From Caldisericia bacterium (lineage in GTDB: Bacteria; Caldisericota; Caldisericia; JAAYUI01): a stretch of DNA of 64,000 nt. The DNA lies in contig OY771555.1 in the NCBI GenBank assembly GCA_963674785.1, forward strand, positions 1,792,001 to 1,856,000. Reading direction: 5' to 3'. The position numbers were made by a program, and so were the translations under genes. Shown piece after piece: positions 1 to 13,022 of this stretch (the first letter of the stretch is position 1; each line of letters begins with the position of its first letter). The notes under the pieces were generated by a model. It had not been told where the DNA came from. It did not search any database and was given only the letters and a program-made list of their open reading frames with translations.

Positions 1-2
1 AG

Positions 3-185
3 GACAGCGACGGTGATGGAAATCCAAATATCCTTTATTCAGTAATTGATTATGACGGAAAAAGGCTCCTTATGATTTCGAATGGAATAAAGAAAACTCA
101 AAAAGTTGAAATTACAGGTTCAGAGTTTAAATTTGAATCAGAGATTGGTCCACATGAAATCATAATCAAGGAGTTAGACCTATAA
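3..185 (+). CDS. Partial CDS (C-terminus), unknown product
   Basis: Frame is open from the window edge (DSDGDGNPNILYSV...IIIKELDL) to TAA at 183-185, followed by an SD for the next gene. Confidence 0.6.
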   Translation, partial: DSDGDGNPNILYSVIDYDGKRLLMISNGIKKTQKVEITGSEFKFESEIGPHEIIIKELDL

Positions 186-200
186 CGGAAGGGGAATCAA

Positions 201-389
201 GTGTTACGTTGGGCAAATAGAATTCTTGCAGTGATAATGATGGTTGGTGGAGTATTAATGGTCGTCATCAAGGATGAGTTTGGTCACCCGATCGGTTTTT
301 CTATTCCAAGCCATATTACTCCATGGTTGGCATGGATCATCATTATCGTTGGATTTTCATACTTCCTGATTTCATTTTTTAAAGAGTGA
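201..389 (+). CDS. Small two-TM membrane protein
   Basis: 62 aa, two hydrophobic stretches, GAAGGGG SD, stop overlaps the next GTG. Confidence 0.7.
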   Translation: MLRWANRILAVIMMVGGVLMVVIKDEFGHPIGFSIPSHITPWLAWIIIIVGFSYFLISFFKE

Positions 390-925
390 GTAAACTTAAA
401 AACGAAGAAAACATAATAAGAAGGGCAAAGGAAGGTGATGTAACCGCCTTCGAAGAGATCATTGAAGCCTTTCAGGATGTCGTATACACAAAATCATACT
501 ACATAATGGGAAACCAGGAAGATGCTCTTGATGTTATGCAATCGGTCTTCCTCAAGGTTTTCATGAGTATAAAGAGGTTTAAAGGGCAATCAATGCTCTC
601 TACCTGGATTTATAGGATAACTGTCAATACGTGCCTTAGAGAGCTCAAAAAGCGCAAAAGGATTCCTCCTGCCGAGGTTGACATTGAACTGACCCCAATT
701 GACAAAACAATACAATCGGAGGAAGAAGTCATAGCAGAAAAAGTTCTAAATAAACTACCTGACCCTTACAGGGTCATTCTCATCATGCGTGAGATGAGCG
801 ACATGTCTTTCAAGGACATCGCAAAGGAATTAAAGATTAAAGAAAACCTCGCAAAGGTTAGAGCCTTTAGAGCAAAGAATAGATTTAAACAACTAATGAA
901 GGAGTATTTAAAAGATGGCGAATAA
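386..925 (+). CDS. ECF-type RNA polymerase sigma factor
   Basis: Region 2 (EDALDVMQSVFLK, STWIYRITVNTC) and region 4 HTH (MSFKDIAKELKI); 179 aa. Confidence 0.93.
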   Translation: MSKLKNEENIIRRAKEGDVTAFEEIIEAFQDVVYTKSYYIMGNQEDALDVMQSVFLKVFMSIKRFKGQSMLSTWIYRITVNTCLRELKKRKRIPPAEVDIELTPIDKTIQSEEEVIAEKVLNKLPDPYRVILIMREMSDMSFKDIAKELKIKENLAKVRAFRAKNRFKQLMKEYLKDGE

Positions 926-1814
926 TGCATTTTTGATGCCCGGACAGGGCTCACAATATGTCGGAATGACTGAAAAGCTTAAGCAATTCCCGGACGCAAT
1001 GAAGATCATCTCTGATGCAAATGACATTCTCGGATTCGACCTCGCAAAACTTATGGAAGAGGGACCAGCAGAAGAACTCACTCAAACAGAAAATACCCAA
1101 CCTGCCCTTGTTGCCACCTCCTGTGCCTGGCTCCAGGTTGTCAGATCAAAAGGAACCGACTGTTCACTTGCCCTTGGTCACAGCCTTGGGGAATACTCTG
1201 CCCTTTACACAGCCGGTGCAATAAGCCTTGAAACTGCACTCAAGTTAGTTCGAAAACGCGGAGAACTCATGCGTGATGCAACAAAATCAATCCCAGGAAC
1301 AATGGGCGCGATCATCAGACTTGAAAAATCCAAGGTTGAAGAGGTTTGCAAAGAAGCGTCAGAGCTTGGCGTTTGTGAACCAGCAAACTACAACTCAAAA
1401 GATCAGATTGTTGTTTCGGGTCAAGTTGAGGCCGTAAAAAAGGCTATGGAGCTTGCAAAAGAGGCAGGAGCGAGAATGGCAAAACTTCTTCCAGTTTCAG
1501 CACCATTCCATTCATCCCTTATGGATCCAGTAGCAGAAGAATTTGCAACATACATCAATAACGCCGAAATTAAAGATGCCAACTTCCCAATCATTGCAAA
1601 CTGTGATGCTAAACCAACACAGAAAAAAGAAGAGATCAGGGAAAAACTCATCAAACAAATCAACTCACCTGTTTTATGGGAAAAATCCATCCTTGTCTCA
1701 ATGACAATGGAGATAGATTACTATCTCGAAGTTGGAGTAAAAAACGTGCTTGCTGGGCTAAACAAAAGAATTGTCCCAAATCTCACAACAGAAAACGTCG
1801 AAGCAATATTTTAA
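915..1814 (+). CDS. fabD: Malonyl-CoA:ACP transacylase
   Basis: PGQGSQ, TQPAL, GHSLGE catalytic Ser and VSAPFHS motifs. Confidence 0.96.
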   Translation: MANNAFLMPGQGSQYVGMTEKLKQFPDAMKIISDANDILGFDLAKLMEEGPAEELTQTENTQPALVATSCAWLQVVRSKGTDCSLALGHSLGEYSALYTAGAISLETALKLVRKRGELMRDATKSIPGTMGAIIRLEKSKVEEVCKEASELGVCEPANYNSKDQIVVSGQVEAVKKAMELAKEAGARMAKLLPVSAPFHSSLMDPVAEEFATYINNAEIKDANFPIIANCDAKPTQKKEEIREKLIKQINSPVLWEKSILVSMTMEIDYYLEVGVKNVLAGLNKRIVPNLTTENVEAIF

Positions 1815-1838
1815 AAGAAAAAGATATACACCCAAAAG

Positions 1839-1875
1839 AAAAAAAGGCACAAAGTTCAAAGTTTGTGCCTTTTTT
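1839..1875. terminator. Bidirectional intrinsic terminator
   Basis: AAAAAAGGCACAAA-GTTCAAAG-TTTGTGCCTTTTTT hairpin between convergent genes. Confidence 0.85.
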
Positions 1876-1901
1876 AATATACAAAAAGTTACAAGTTCAG
1901 C

Positions 1902-2615
1902 TTACTCGCCAAGTGCTTCCTTGATTGCCTCAGTAAGGGCATGAACTTTGCTCTCGTCAAATCCGGTGTGCTGATAAAGGATTGTCATATCTTTGTCAAT
2001 GAGGAATGTTCTTGGGATTGAAGTTACACCAAGCTGTTTTGCCATTTCTCTGTTGCCATCTACAGGAATACCATATGTGATATCTCTTATGTATGGGTCT
2101 TCAGCAGTTGCCTTTTCATATCCAAGTTTATCAAATGACTTGTGGATTTTTGGGTCAACTTCAAGTGTTTCCTGAATCTCTTCTTCCTGTGAGCATTCGT
2201 CAATTGTTACTGCAAGAACACCAAGTCCTTTTTCACCATAGTGTCTGTAGTCATCTTCAAGGAATGGAAGTTCTTCTTTGCATGGCTCACACCAGACTGC
2301 CCAGAAATCGACAACGAGCACTTCAAGCTCTTCATCTTCCATATATTCTGAAATTGAGGTATTGATACCAAGTGAACATGGATGAAGATCAAACTGGAGA
2401 TCAGGCATCTTGTCGCCAACGCTAAGCTTGACATCTGAACTGAGTCCCTCAACTACGAGTTCGTCACCCTGTTCTTCACCATTACCGTTGTTATCAGTTG
2501 TCTGACCATTATCAACAGGCTTTCCGTTATCTTTTTCTCCACCACAGGCGACCAAAGTAACTGAACCCAATAAAACAACCACCAATACAAGAGCAAGTAA
2601 TTTTGAAAATTTCAT
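1902..2615 (-). CDS. TlpA/ResA-family thiol-disulfide oxidoreductase lipoprotein
   Basis: Lipobox LVAC, WAVWCEPC active site, cis-Pro SIPRTF; start placed at MKFSK after GAAAGGAG. Confidence 0.88.
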   Translation of the reverse strand: MKFSKLLALVLVVVLLGSVTLVACGGEKDNGKPVDNGQTTDNNGNGEEQGDELVVEGLSSDVKLSVGDKMPDLQFDLHPCSLGINTSISEYMEDEELEVLVVDFWAVWCEPCKEELPFLEDDYRHYGEKGLGVLAVTIDECSQEEEIQETLEVDPKIHKSFDKLGYEKATAEDPYIRDITYGIPVDGNREMAKQLGVTSIPRTFLIDKDMTILYQHTGFDESKVHALTEAIKEALGE

Positions 2616-2827
2616 ATGTACTCCTTTCATATATACTACAATTTACCACGACCAAAAATTCAGTCAAGTTTAAAATAAATCAATTTCGAAGCAAATCTTA
2701 ATCAAAACTTACCCCTTAGTTTCTAACAAAACAATACCAAGAATGGACAGTAAAAATTGATAACAAAACACCCAATATAAAACTAATTCTTGATGAGTTT
2801 TAAAATAGCAAAATCGGGTAATTTCAA

Positions 2828-2856
2828 TTGACAGGTCACAGGTCAAATGATACTAT
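2828..2856 (+). promoter_or_regulatory. Sigma70-type promoter of mglBA
   Basis: TTGACA-17 nt-TACTAT with extended -10 TG; an ACAGGTC tandem repeat overlaps the -35 and spacer. Confidence 0.6.
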
Positions 2857-2891
2857 CTAGCAGTAAGCTCAAAAAGAGAAGGAGCAAGGAT

Positions 2892-3368
2892 ATGGGTGAA
2901 AAATTAACGAACTTGGTTATTTCCGAAAAGGAACTTAGAGAGATCGATGAGTATCTTGCAAAAACGCTTATCGATTCACAGGCAAAGCATATTTTTCTCG
3001 TTGACAAATCTGGTCAGCTTGTAAGTAAACATGGTCCCGCAACAAGACAGGCAGCATCAGCAATCGCAGCACTTTCAGCTGGTGTATACGCCGCAACAAA
3101 CGAACTTGCAAGACAGATTGGTGAAAACGAGTTTACAATCACATTCCATCAGGGTTCTGAAAACAACATCCATATATCACTTCTTACACAAGAATCCCTT
3201 TTGATTATGATTTTTGATAACCGTGCCCCAATTGGAGCAATCCGTTTCTGGGCAAAGAAGATCAGTGGAATACTTGTTCCAATTATTGAGCGTATGATGC
3301 AGGCAGTACCAGATGAGTTTGCATCAGGCGGTCTTGAGGACGATCTTGATCTAGATAATATTCTTTAA
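2892..3368 (+). CDS. mglB: MglB roadblock/LC7 protein (putative GAP)
   Basis: LVDKSGQL, LARQIGENEF..FHQG..NIHIS roadblock pattern; directly upstream of mglA. Confidence 0.85.
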   Translation: MGEKLTNLVISEKELREIDEYLAKTLIDSQAKHIFLVDKSGQLVSKHGPATRQAASAIAALSAGVYAATNELARQIGENEFTITFHQGSENNIHISLLTQESLLIMIFDNRAPIGAIRFWAKKISGILVPIIERMMQAVPDEFASGGLEDDLDLDNIL

Positions 3369-3391
3369 TTTTTCTGGAGAACATAAAACAT

Positions 3392-3973
3392 ATGGCACTT
3401 GTAAACTTTGCTACCAAAGAAATCAACGTTAAGGTTGTTTATTATGGACCCGCACTCTCTGGAAAAACAACAAACCTTCAAATCATCTACGATTACGTCC
3501 CAGAAAACGTTAAGGGAAATTTCACATCCATCGCCACCCAGACTGAAAGAACACTCTTTTTTGACTTCATGCCACTTGACCTCGGAAAAGTCAGGGGATT
3601 TGACTTGAGACTTGGTGTGTACACAGTTCCTGGTCAAGCGATCTATGGATTAACAAGAAAATCAATACTCAAGTCGGTTGACGCGGTTGTTTTCGTTGCA
3701 GACTCAGACCCTGACAAATTCGAAGCAAACATCGACAGTTTTGAGGATATGGTCGACAACCTTGCTGAGTACGGACTCGACCTTGAAAAAGTCCCCCTAG
3801 TAATTCAGTACAACAAACGTGATCTTGATAACGCAATTCCAATCGAAAGACTTGAGGAAGCACTCAACCCTGAAGGAAGATTCCCCGCATTCGAAGCGGT
3901 TGCAGTCAGCGGCGAAGGGGTAAGAGAAACTCTAAAACATATTACAAAATTGGCGGTAGCCAGAATCCATTAG
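3392..3973 (+). CDS. mglA: MglA small Ras-like GTPase
   Basis: KVVYYGPALSGKTTN, ERTLFFDF, YTVPGQ and QYNKRDL motifs. Confidence 0.92.
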   Translation: MALVNFATKEINVKVVYYGPALSGKTTNLQIIYDYVPENVKGNFTSIATQTERTLFFDFMPLDLGKVRGFDLRLGVYTVPGQAIYGLTRKSILKSVDAVVFVADSDPDKFEANIDSFEDMVDNLAEYGLDLEKVPLVIQYNKRDLDNAIPIERLEEALNPEGRFPAFEAVAVSGEGVRETLKHITKLAVARIH

Positions 3974-4686
3974 GATACTGGCTCACCGATAACCGTTATG
4001 TAAACAGGAATCTCAAATTCACTCTTGAGATCCAAAAATTCTGATACTTTATCATCGAAGAATGCGCCCACATTGCATGAACCCAATCCGATGTTTTCGC
4101 ATATTAATTGAACCTGAGCTCCGATATGACCTGCATCAAGGAAGATATATCTATAACCACGCTCATGATACCTTGAGGTAGTTCTGGCAGTAACAGCTGT
4201 TTGGATAAAAGAAATCTGACAATCTGTAATCATTTTCTGACCCAGACAAGCATCCTGAAACTCTTTTGTCAAATCCCCAAGTTTTAACGGGATAAGTTTT
4301 TCATTTAAATGATCGTAGAAATACAAACCTTTTTCCAAACCTGAGACATTATTGACCATAACATAGTTGTTGAAGGGGTGTCTATTTCCAGCAGAGGCAA
4401 CCGACCTAAGCTTTGCAACACCAACTTCTCCAGTTATTCCCTGTGTCAGATAAAGAATTTTTGAAAGCTGCTCTAAGGTCATTGGAGCTTCACTAAAGTT
4501 TCTTTTGCTTCTCCTCGATACCACGAGCTTTGATAATGGATCATCAAGTTTTGGTCTTTGAAGATTAATTGGCTCATGAGTTGATTTTGGATTATCAACC
4601 ATCGGTTCTTCAATTGTTCTTGGCTCAAAACCTTCTGACGAAAGATACGAAGTTTCTTTGAAAAATTTTTGACCACTATTTTCCAT
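3970..4686 (-). CDS. SagB/ThcOx-like nitroreductase-family flavoprotein
   Basis: RRSKRNF, RSVASAG, RGYRYIFLDAGHIG and GAFFDD motifs. Confidence 0.85.
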   Translation of the reverse strand: MENSGQKFFKETSYLSSEGFEPRTIEEPMVDNPKSTHEPINLQRPKLDDPLSKLVVSRRSKRNFSEAPMTLEQLSKILYLTQGITGEVGVAKLRSVASAGNRHPFNNYVMVNNVSGLEKGLYFYDHLNEKLIPLKLGDLTKEFQDACLGQKMITDCQISFIQTAVTARTTSRYHERGYRYIFLDAGHIGAQVQLICENIGLGSCNVGAFFDDKVSEFLDLKSEFEIPVYITVIGEPVS

Positions 4687-4787
4687 ATTGTCCTCCATGT
4701 GTTAAACTTCTTACAAGTCTAACTTGAACTTGATAAATAAAAAGGCGGTATTGGAAATAAATGAAGAAGTTAAGTTGGAGGAAATTA

Positions 4788-7745
4788 ATGAAATTACCGA
4801 AAATTATATCTGTCCTCACAGTAACACTGTTGATTGTAACAATGTTTGCAAGTGTTAATACACCTGAGGCAGAAGCAGCTCCATTGAGTACTGGACAGTC
4901 TCTAATCGTAACCTCATCACCATCGGTTTTAACCGCCGGTGTTGTTTCAGAGCTGATTGACCCATCACTTCCACTTATGATCAAGGTAACAGATCAGGAT
5001 GGTACACCAATCGATCTGACAGTATCAGCAGACGGAGAAACTATCAAAACAGATGATGTTTGGAATCTATTGTTTAGAGACCCCCATCCTGATAACAGAG
5101 ATTATTTTGGATCATCAGCCTCTCTTCCACAATACTACTGGACTAGAACTGATCTTCACAATGATGACGGCACAGAGGTCTGCAACGAAACACTATTTGG
5201 CAAAGATATGATTGATATCGATTTCTCAAGAGCATCTGAGGGTATCTATATCTTTGAGGGTTTCGTGGCAAATGATGTTGGAAACTTCTATATCAGCGTA
5301 ACCACACCAGATAGAAGAAGAGCAGGGTCGGTAAAAATCCAGGTAAAATCACCTATTGTAAGTTATGAGATAGTAAATATGGATGATCCAGACCTAAGGG
5401 TTTTTGACTCTCCTGACGATCCCGATTTTGTAATGACTGCACTTGATAATCGAATCTACAACATAAGAGTTACCGCAAAAGATGCCATGGGAAATGTGAT
5501 TCGTGGAGTAAGCGAGGGAGTGAGTCTTTGCACTGGAATCAAAAGAACTGCCAGATTCACACCATTTACAACTAGACCAGCAAACTATGGATGGTCAGAA
5601 GAACCAACTGAAATAGTAGACACAAATTTTTATTCAGGTGGAACCGCATATTTCCTCTCGGATGTCGGCGACAGATACGATCTTCACATTGGACTCGATC
5701 TGGACAATAATGGAAAACTTGAATGGACAAACAAAGAACTTCATAGATTTGGTCCACAATATGTCTTTAACCCAGAGAGAAGATCAAACACCGGATATTA
5801 CACATACTACAACACAACAAACTACATGTACAAAGACGGTGATTTTTCTGAGCATCCTTTCTTTGATCTTCCGCCAGCACTTCATGGTGGATGGGGTCTC
5901 GGATGTATCTATAACAGTTCCAAATTTGGTGGGATGGTTATGTCTGATTTCAATGATGACTACAAGATTGACTATCGAGATAGCTTGAATCTTGATAGCA
6001 CAGGACAAACTTCATTCTATCTTTTTGCAGAAGATGCCTGTTTTGTTGGCGGACTCGTTGGAAATAGTTATTGGGGTGACTACGATGTGGCTGGAAGACC
6101 TCCATACTCAGAGACATCTCCACAATACATCACATCAAGATACAAAGGTGATGGAACATACTATCTCGATTTTGACGCCATCCCAGACAATGTCTGCAAA
6201 CTTGAACCGCCAAAATTCAAACTTCTTTGGGCAAAGACAAGAGAAGAGATTGGAAAATCAATGTTCAACACTGACCTTTACGATCTTATCTATGCTGCCC
6301 AAAACCATGTTGTTGCAATCGTTTCTCCTGCCGATGAAAGAGACATCCCAATCCAGTCATCAGGTGAGGTTGGAATGGTAGGTAACCAGCACGAAACTGC
6401 AATCTATGGAAGACTCGAATACGAAGAAGAATTTGGGACAACAGAAACAACAATTCATTTCACACCAACAGGTGTTGGAAGCAAAGTAATCGAGGTCAGA
6501 TACCAGGCTGCAAATAGATGGTACAATGCGGGTCTTGATGGTTCACCAAGACATTATTACATCGAAGAAGTGTTTTGGATCGACTCTGTCAAAGGTCTTG
6601 CTCTGGACATCATACTTGATGAGGAACCAAAAATCGGGAAAGAATCCACCATTAAAATCCTCTGCCAAGAACTTGGCTCAAAAAAGCCCGTTTCAGACGT
6701 TCTTGTAACTCTCAGTGGTGGCGGAGTTCATCAGAGTGAAGTGTCTGGAATTGACGGGATAGCAACATTTACATGTGAGTTTGAAAATACCGGAGAAATT
6801 GAAATAACAGTTGAAAAAGACGGTTTCAATTCAGGTATCAATACATTCATGGTTGGTGCTGACGATGAACCACCAACACTTGAGGTCGAAGAACTTCCCA
6901 AGATAACAAGAGATAGAAATGTTATAATCGAAGGAATCACAACACCTGGATCAATTGTTAAAATCGAGGGAGAAGAGATTCCTGTTGACTCAAACGGAAA
7001 ATTCATGAAAAACTACACCCTCGAAACAGGAAAAAATATCATTGAAGTTATATCAGAGGATGATTCTGGAAACCAGACCAAGGTCGAACTTGAAGTAACC
7101 CTTGATGACATTCCACCAGAAATCCTTATTGATGACATTGAAAAACAGGTCGATGTTGACGAAGTTATCATCAGTGGGCGTGTTGAGGTTGGCTCAATGG
7201 TCAGAGTTGGTGATACTGAGGCAACCGTCGTAAACGATGTTTTCAAGGCAACCATACCAGTTGTACCTGGAGTTAATAAAATTGAAGTATCGGCAATGGA
7301 TTCCGCCGGAAACAGTAATACAAAAGAGGTAAGCGTTACAATTTGGCATAAGACAGTGATTCAAATGCAGATCGACAATACCATTGTTATTGTTGATGGA
7401 AAACTTACCCCAACCCTTGAAGCCCCACCATACATCAAAAATGACAGAACTATGGTTCCAATCAGAGCAATCTCTCAGGGTTTCGGGGCAACAGTGAAAT
7501 GGTTCCCAGAGGACAGAACTGTTGCGGTATCACTTGACGACGGACTTGGGCAGATTTCAATCATAATGCAGATTGGTTCAAAAACTGCATTTGTTGGTAA
7601 CGATCTTATTACACTTGATGCAGAACCCGAAATCGTAAACGGTAGAACATTTGTTCCATTGAGATTTGTTGCTGAAAGCCTTGGCTGCGAAGTTGAGTAT
7701 CAAGCTGAAGAAAAAATTATAATAATGGAACGAATAGCTTATTAG
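4788..7745 (+). CDS. Secreted multidomain protein with Ig-like repeats and C-terminal copper-amine-oxidase-N (stalk) domain
   Basis: Signal peptide (AEA), GGAGG SD, DxxPP Ig repeats, duplicated RTxVPxR stalk motif. Confidence 0.85.
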   Translation: MKLPKIISVLTVTLLIVTMFASVNTPEAEAAPLSTGQSLIVTSSPSVLTAGVVSELIDPSLPLMIKVTDQDGTPIDLTVSADGETIKTDDVWNLLFRDPHPDNRDYFGSSASLPQYYWTRTDLHNDDGTEVCNETLFGKDMIDIDFSRASEGIYIFEGFVANDVGNFYISVTTPDRRRAGSVKIQVKSPIVSYEIVNMDDPDLRVFDSPDDPDFVMTALDNRIYNIRVTAKDAMGNVIRGVSEGVSLCTGIKRTARFTPFTTRPANYGWSEEPTEIVDTNFYSGGTAYFLSDVGDRYDLHIGLDLDNNGKLEWTNKELHRFGPQYVFNPERRSNTGYYTYYNTTNYMYKDGDFSEHPFFDLPPALHGGWGLGCIYNSSKFGGMVMSDFNDDYKIDYRDSLNLDSTGQTSFYLFAEDACFVGGLVGNSYWGDYDVAGRPPYSETSPQYITSRYKGDGTYYLDFDAIPDNVCKLEPPKFKLLWAKTREEIGKSMFNTDLYDLIYAAQNHVVAIVSPADERDIPIQSSGEVGMVGNQHETAIYGRLEYEEEFGTTETTIHFTPTGVGSKVIEVRYQAANRWYNAGLDGSPRHYYIEEVFWIDSVKGLALDIILDEEPKIGKESTIKILCQELGSKKPVSDVLVTLSGGGVHQSEVSGIDGIATFTCEFENTGEIEITVEKDGFNSGINTFMVGADDEPPTLEVEELPKITRDRNVIIEGITTPGSIVKIEGEEIPVDSNGKFMKNYTLETGKNIIEVISEDDSGNQTKVELEVTLDDIPPEILIDDIEKQVDVDEVIISGRVEVGSMVRVGDTEATVVNDVFKATIPVVPGVNKIEVSAMDSAGNSNTKEVSVTIWHKTVIQMQIDNTIVIVDGKLTPTLEAPPYIKNDRTMVPIRAISQGFGATVKWFPEDRTVAVSLDDGLGQISIIMQIGSKTAFVGNDLITLDAEPEIVNGRTFVPLRFVAESLGCEVEYQAEEKIIIMERIAY

Positions 7746-7770
7746 TTAGTATTATACATGAAACAACAAG

Positions 7771-7806
7771 AAAACGGGTTGATACATCTTGTGTCAATCC
7801 GTTTTT
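7771..7806 (+). terminator. Intrinsic terminator
   Basis: AAAACGGGTTGATAC-ATCTT-GTGTCAATCCGTTTTT hairpin after the stop codon. Confidence 0.75.
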
Positions 7807-7846
7807 AGATTTGACTGAAAAAAATTAAGGTTTATCATAAAGAACA

Positions 7847-10573
7847 ATGATCAAACGTGCTGTAACCCTGATTCTAGTAATAGTTATAATTTTTGTAACT
7901 GTCGATATTGAGGCTAATGCTGACGAAAAATTTAATTTCCTCGTCGTTACAACAACAAAGTTAATTGATGCAATTCAACCTCTTGTCAATCACAGGACAG
8001 AACAGGGTTTCAGGGCAAAAATAATAACCATTGACAAAATTCACACCGATTCTTCGAAATCAAAATCTGAAAGCCTTTGGGATTACCTCAACGAGAACTA
8101 TCAGGAATGGGGTCTATCATATCTCCTGATTGTTGGTGATTACAAAGATATCCCGCAGGCAAAACTCTGTTCATCAAACGGTGCGGAAGATATTGAAGAG
8201 AATCAACCAGGGATCGTTTATACGGACATCTATTATTCTGTTCTTGGGCAGGATTGGGATACAAACGATAACGGTCTTTTGGGTGAGCCTATAGATAATG
8301 TACCAATCGATCCTCAGATCTCAGTTGGTAGAGTTCCATTCTCAGACTCAAAGATTGTTGAGTCATGGGTGGAACAGGTGATCAGTTATGATGAGTCATC
8401 GAACAAACGAAGAGCTCTTCAAATTGGTGCGATATATCTTTTTGATGACGAAGACGGAAATCCATCAAACTCATATACCGATGGTGCAACAATGCATGAT
8501 GTTATTTGGGATGAGATTCTTTCACAAAATAATTTCTCAAGATTCAGGATTTTCGAAAATGATTCCCTGGGTATGGATGAAAAATCCCAAACAGACCGAG
8601 CTCTGAACTCATCAAATATTCTAACAGCACTTTCTGAGAATGAATTTGGAATGGTGAATTTCCTTGCCCACGGTACCAAAACAACAGTTCTGAGAAAAAG
8701 ATGGAGAAAAGACGTAAACAATAACGGCAGAGCTGATAACACCAGTGCATCATCTGAGAAAGAAATACTTATCGAAACACTCTTTTCATCAGAACAGATT
8801 TCCTCAATCGATATCAACTGTGGTGTTGTTATTGGTACAGCCTGCTCAACTGCCTATATTGCAACCGGAATTGACTCTGTCGCAACTTCATTCTTAAGGT
8901 CAGGAACAGCGGCCTACATAGGAGGAAGTGCATTAAATTATTTTGCATCAGGCTGGAAATCCAAAGAAGATGGCGGAAATCAGGCAATTTCATACAACCT
9001 GACAAAATATTATGTTGAGGGAGCAACTCTCGGCTGGTCACTAATGTCCACTTTGAGGGATTACTACTATCAGTTCAGCAATATCAGTAATACTGATTAC
9101 ACTCTCCAAAACATATATTCATTCATTCTTCTCGGTGACCCAACAATGAAACTTGATCCCCCAAAATCCGTAAAACAGATACCCCTTATCCTCAATCCCC
9201 AATCTCTAAAAGTAACTTCTGGTGAAAAGTCTTTCTTTGATTTAGAAATCGGTGATGTCAACGCATCAGAAAACCTCACACTCGATATTTCACCAAGGAT
9301 TAATGGGATTGAATTCATCCTCCCATCAAAAAATCTCGTTCCAGGCGATTCTTTCAGAATAGATATTGAAACCTCAATAACTCTCAAGCCAGGAGATTAT
9401 GAATTCAACATAAGCTGTGTGGCAGGTGAGTATGAAGGCGGGGAAACCTTAAGACTAAAGATAATTCCTCCTGCTCAAACATCAAATGTTAAACTTGTTC
9501 CTGACTATACTCTCGTCACCCAAAATCACGAGTTTTGGCTGGATTTGATAGTTGAACCGACTAAACCAATTGACAGTTTAGCAGGAACTTTAATCTACGA
9601 TTCAAACTGTTTTGAGTATGTCGGTTACCGAATTGGAAGTATCGTAACCGAAGACTACCGGTGCCCCGATTCGATTTCGATTGTAGATCGACCCGGGTAT
9701 TCAGATCTTGTTTTTAGCTTTGACAGGAATGTTGACACCTACGGAATAACAAATACCGGTATCGTTCTTTCGTTTTGCTTTAAAGGAGTTTGCCCAACTG
9801 AAGAGGGTAGCCAAAAGTTCGCCATCTCCTCTCTTATTATTCAATCAAACAAAGATGACGGAAGAAGGGAGCATAGCTTCTCATCTCTTCCACATTCGCT
9901 TGTAAATGTCAGAAAGATTGATCCTGATATATCGGATTTCTTCATTCATACGGGTATCGAGAGTAATTTTGAATTTGATGCTGACTTAAACATAGGTGAA
10001 GATATTTTTACTCTGAAAGGTGCTACGACAATCGGGACAATTTTGTATATAAATGGAAAACCAATCCCAGTTGACTCTGAGGGGTTCTATAACACAAATA
10101 TTGAATTAAACAGTCTCTTCACAGATATTGAACTAAAGATTGAGGATGAATTTAATCGCTACCTTATGATCAAAAGACGAATCAAGAAAACAACTATCAA
10201 AGAGCTGGCTTTCCATAGCAATGAAAGCTCTGCTTGGACAAACGGGAAGTGCAGAACTCTCGATGCAAGCCCCTACATTAACAATAACGGTAGAACGCTT
10301 GTACCAATAAGGTTTATCGCAGAACAACTAGATTTTGTTGTCTCCTGGAATCAAACTGAAAAAAGGGTCGATATTTCAAAAAATGGAACAACAATCAAGA
10401 TGTGGATCGGAAGCAGCAATTCAAACATAAATGGAAAAAACCTGAATCTCGACGCTCCTCCAGAGATAAAAAATGGTAGAACATTTGTTCCACTAAGATT
10501 TATAAGCGAAGCGCTATCCTGTGATGTAGTGTGGGATTCAAAAACAAGGTCAGCGATAGTCAGATATGAATCA

Positions 10574-10594
<21 letters not shown>
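7847..10594 (+). CDS. Peptidase C25 (gingipain-like) with cohesin-like and stalk domains
   Basis: YLLIVGD, YTDIYY, VGRVP, catalytic AHG and ACST, LLGDP motifs; cohesin-like segment; RTxVPxRFI stalk. Confidence 0.85.
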
Positions 10595-12864
<2,270 letters not shown>

Positions 12865-13022
12865 TTATGCTGTCTATGTCAAGCTCACTTGGAAATATGA
12901 AAAAATATGCTATACTATACGTTAGACATATTCAATCGATTATTTTCACTTTTTTACTCGTAAACACAACAATCGGTTTGGATTTTCGTTTCAAGGCTGA
13001 AACATCAGAAAGGAGGAATGTA

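Noticed and set aside
3970-4686. RiPP (azole) biosynthetic cluster
   Set aside because: The SagB-like gene stands alone with no YcaO, precursor or transporter
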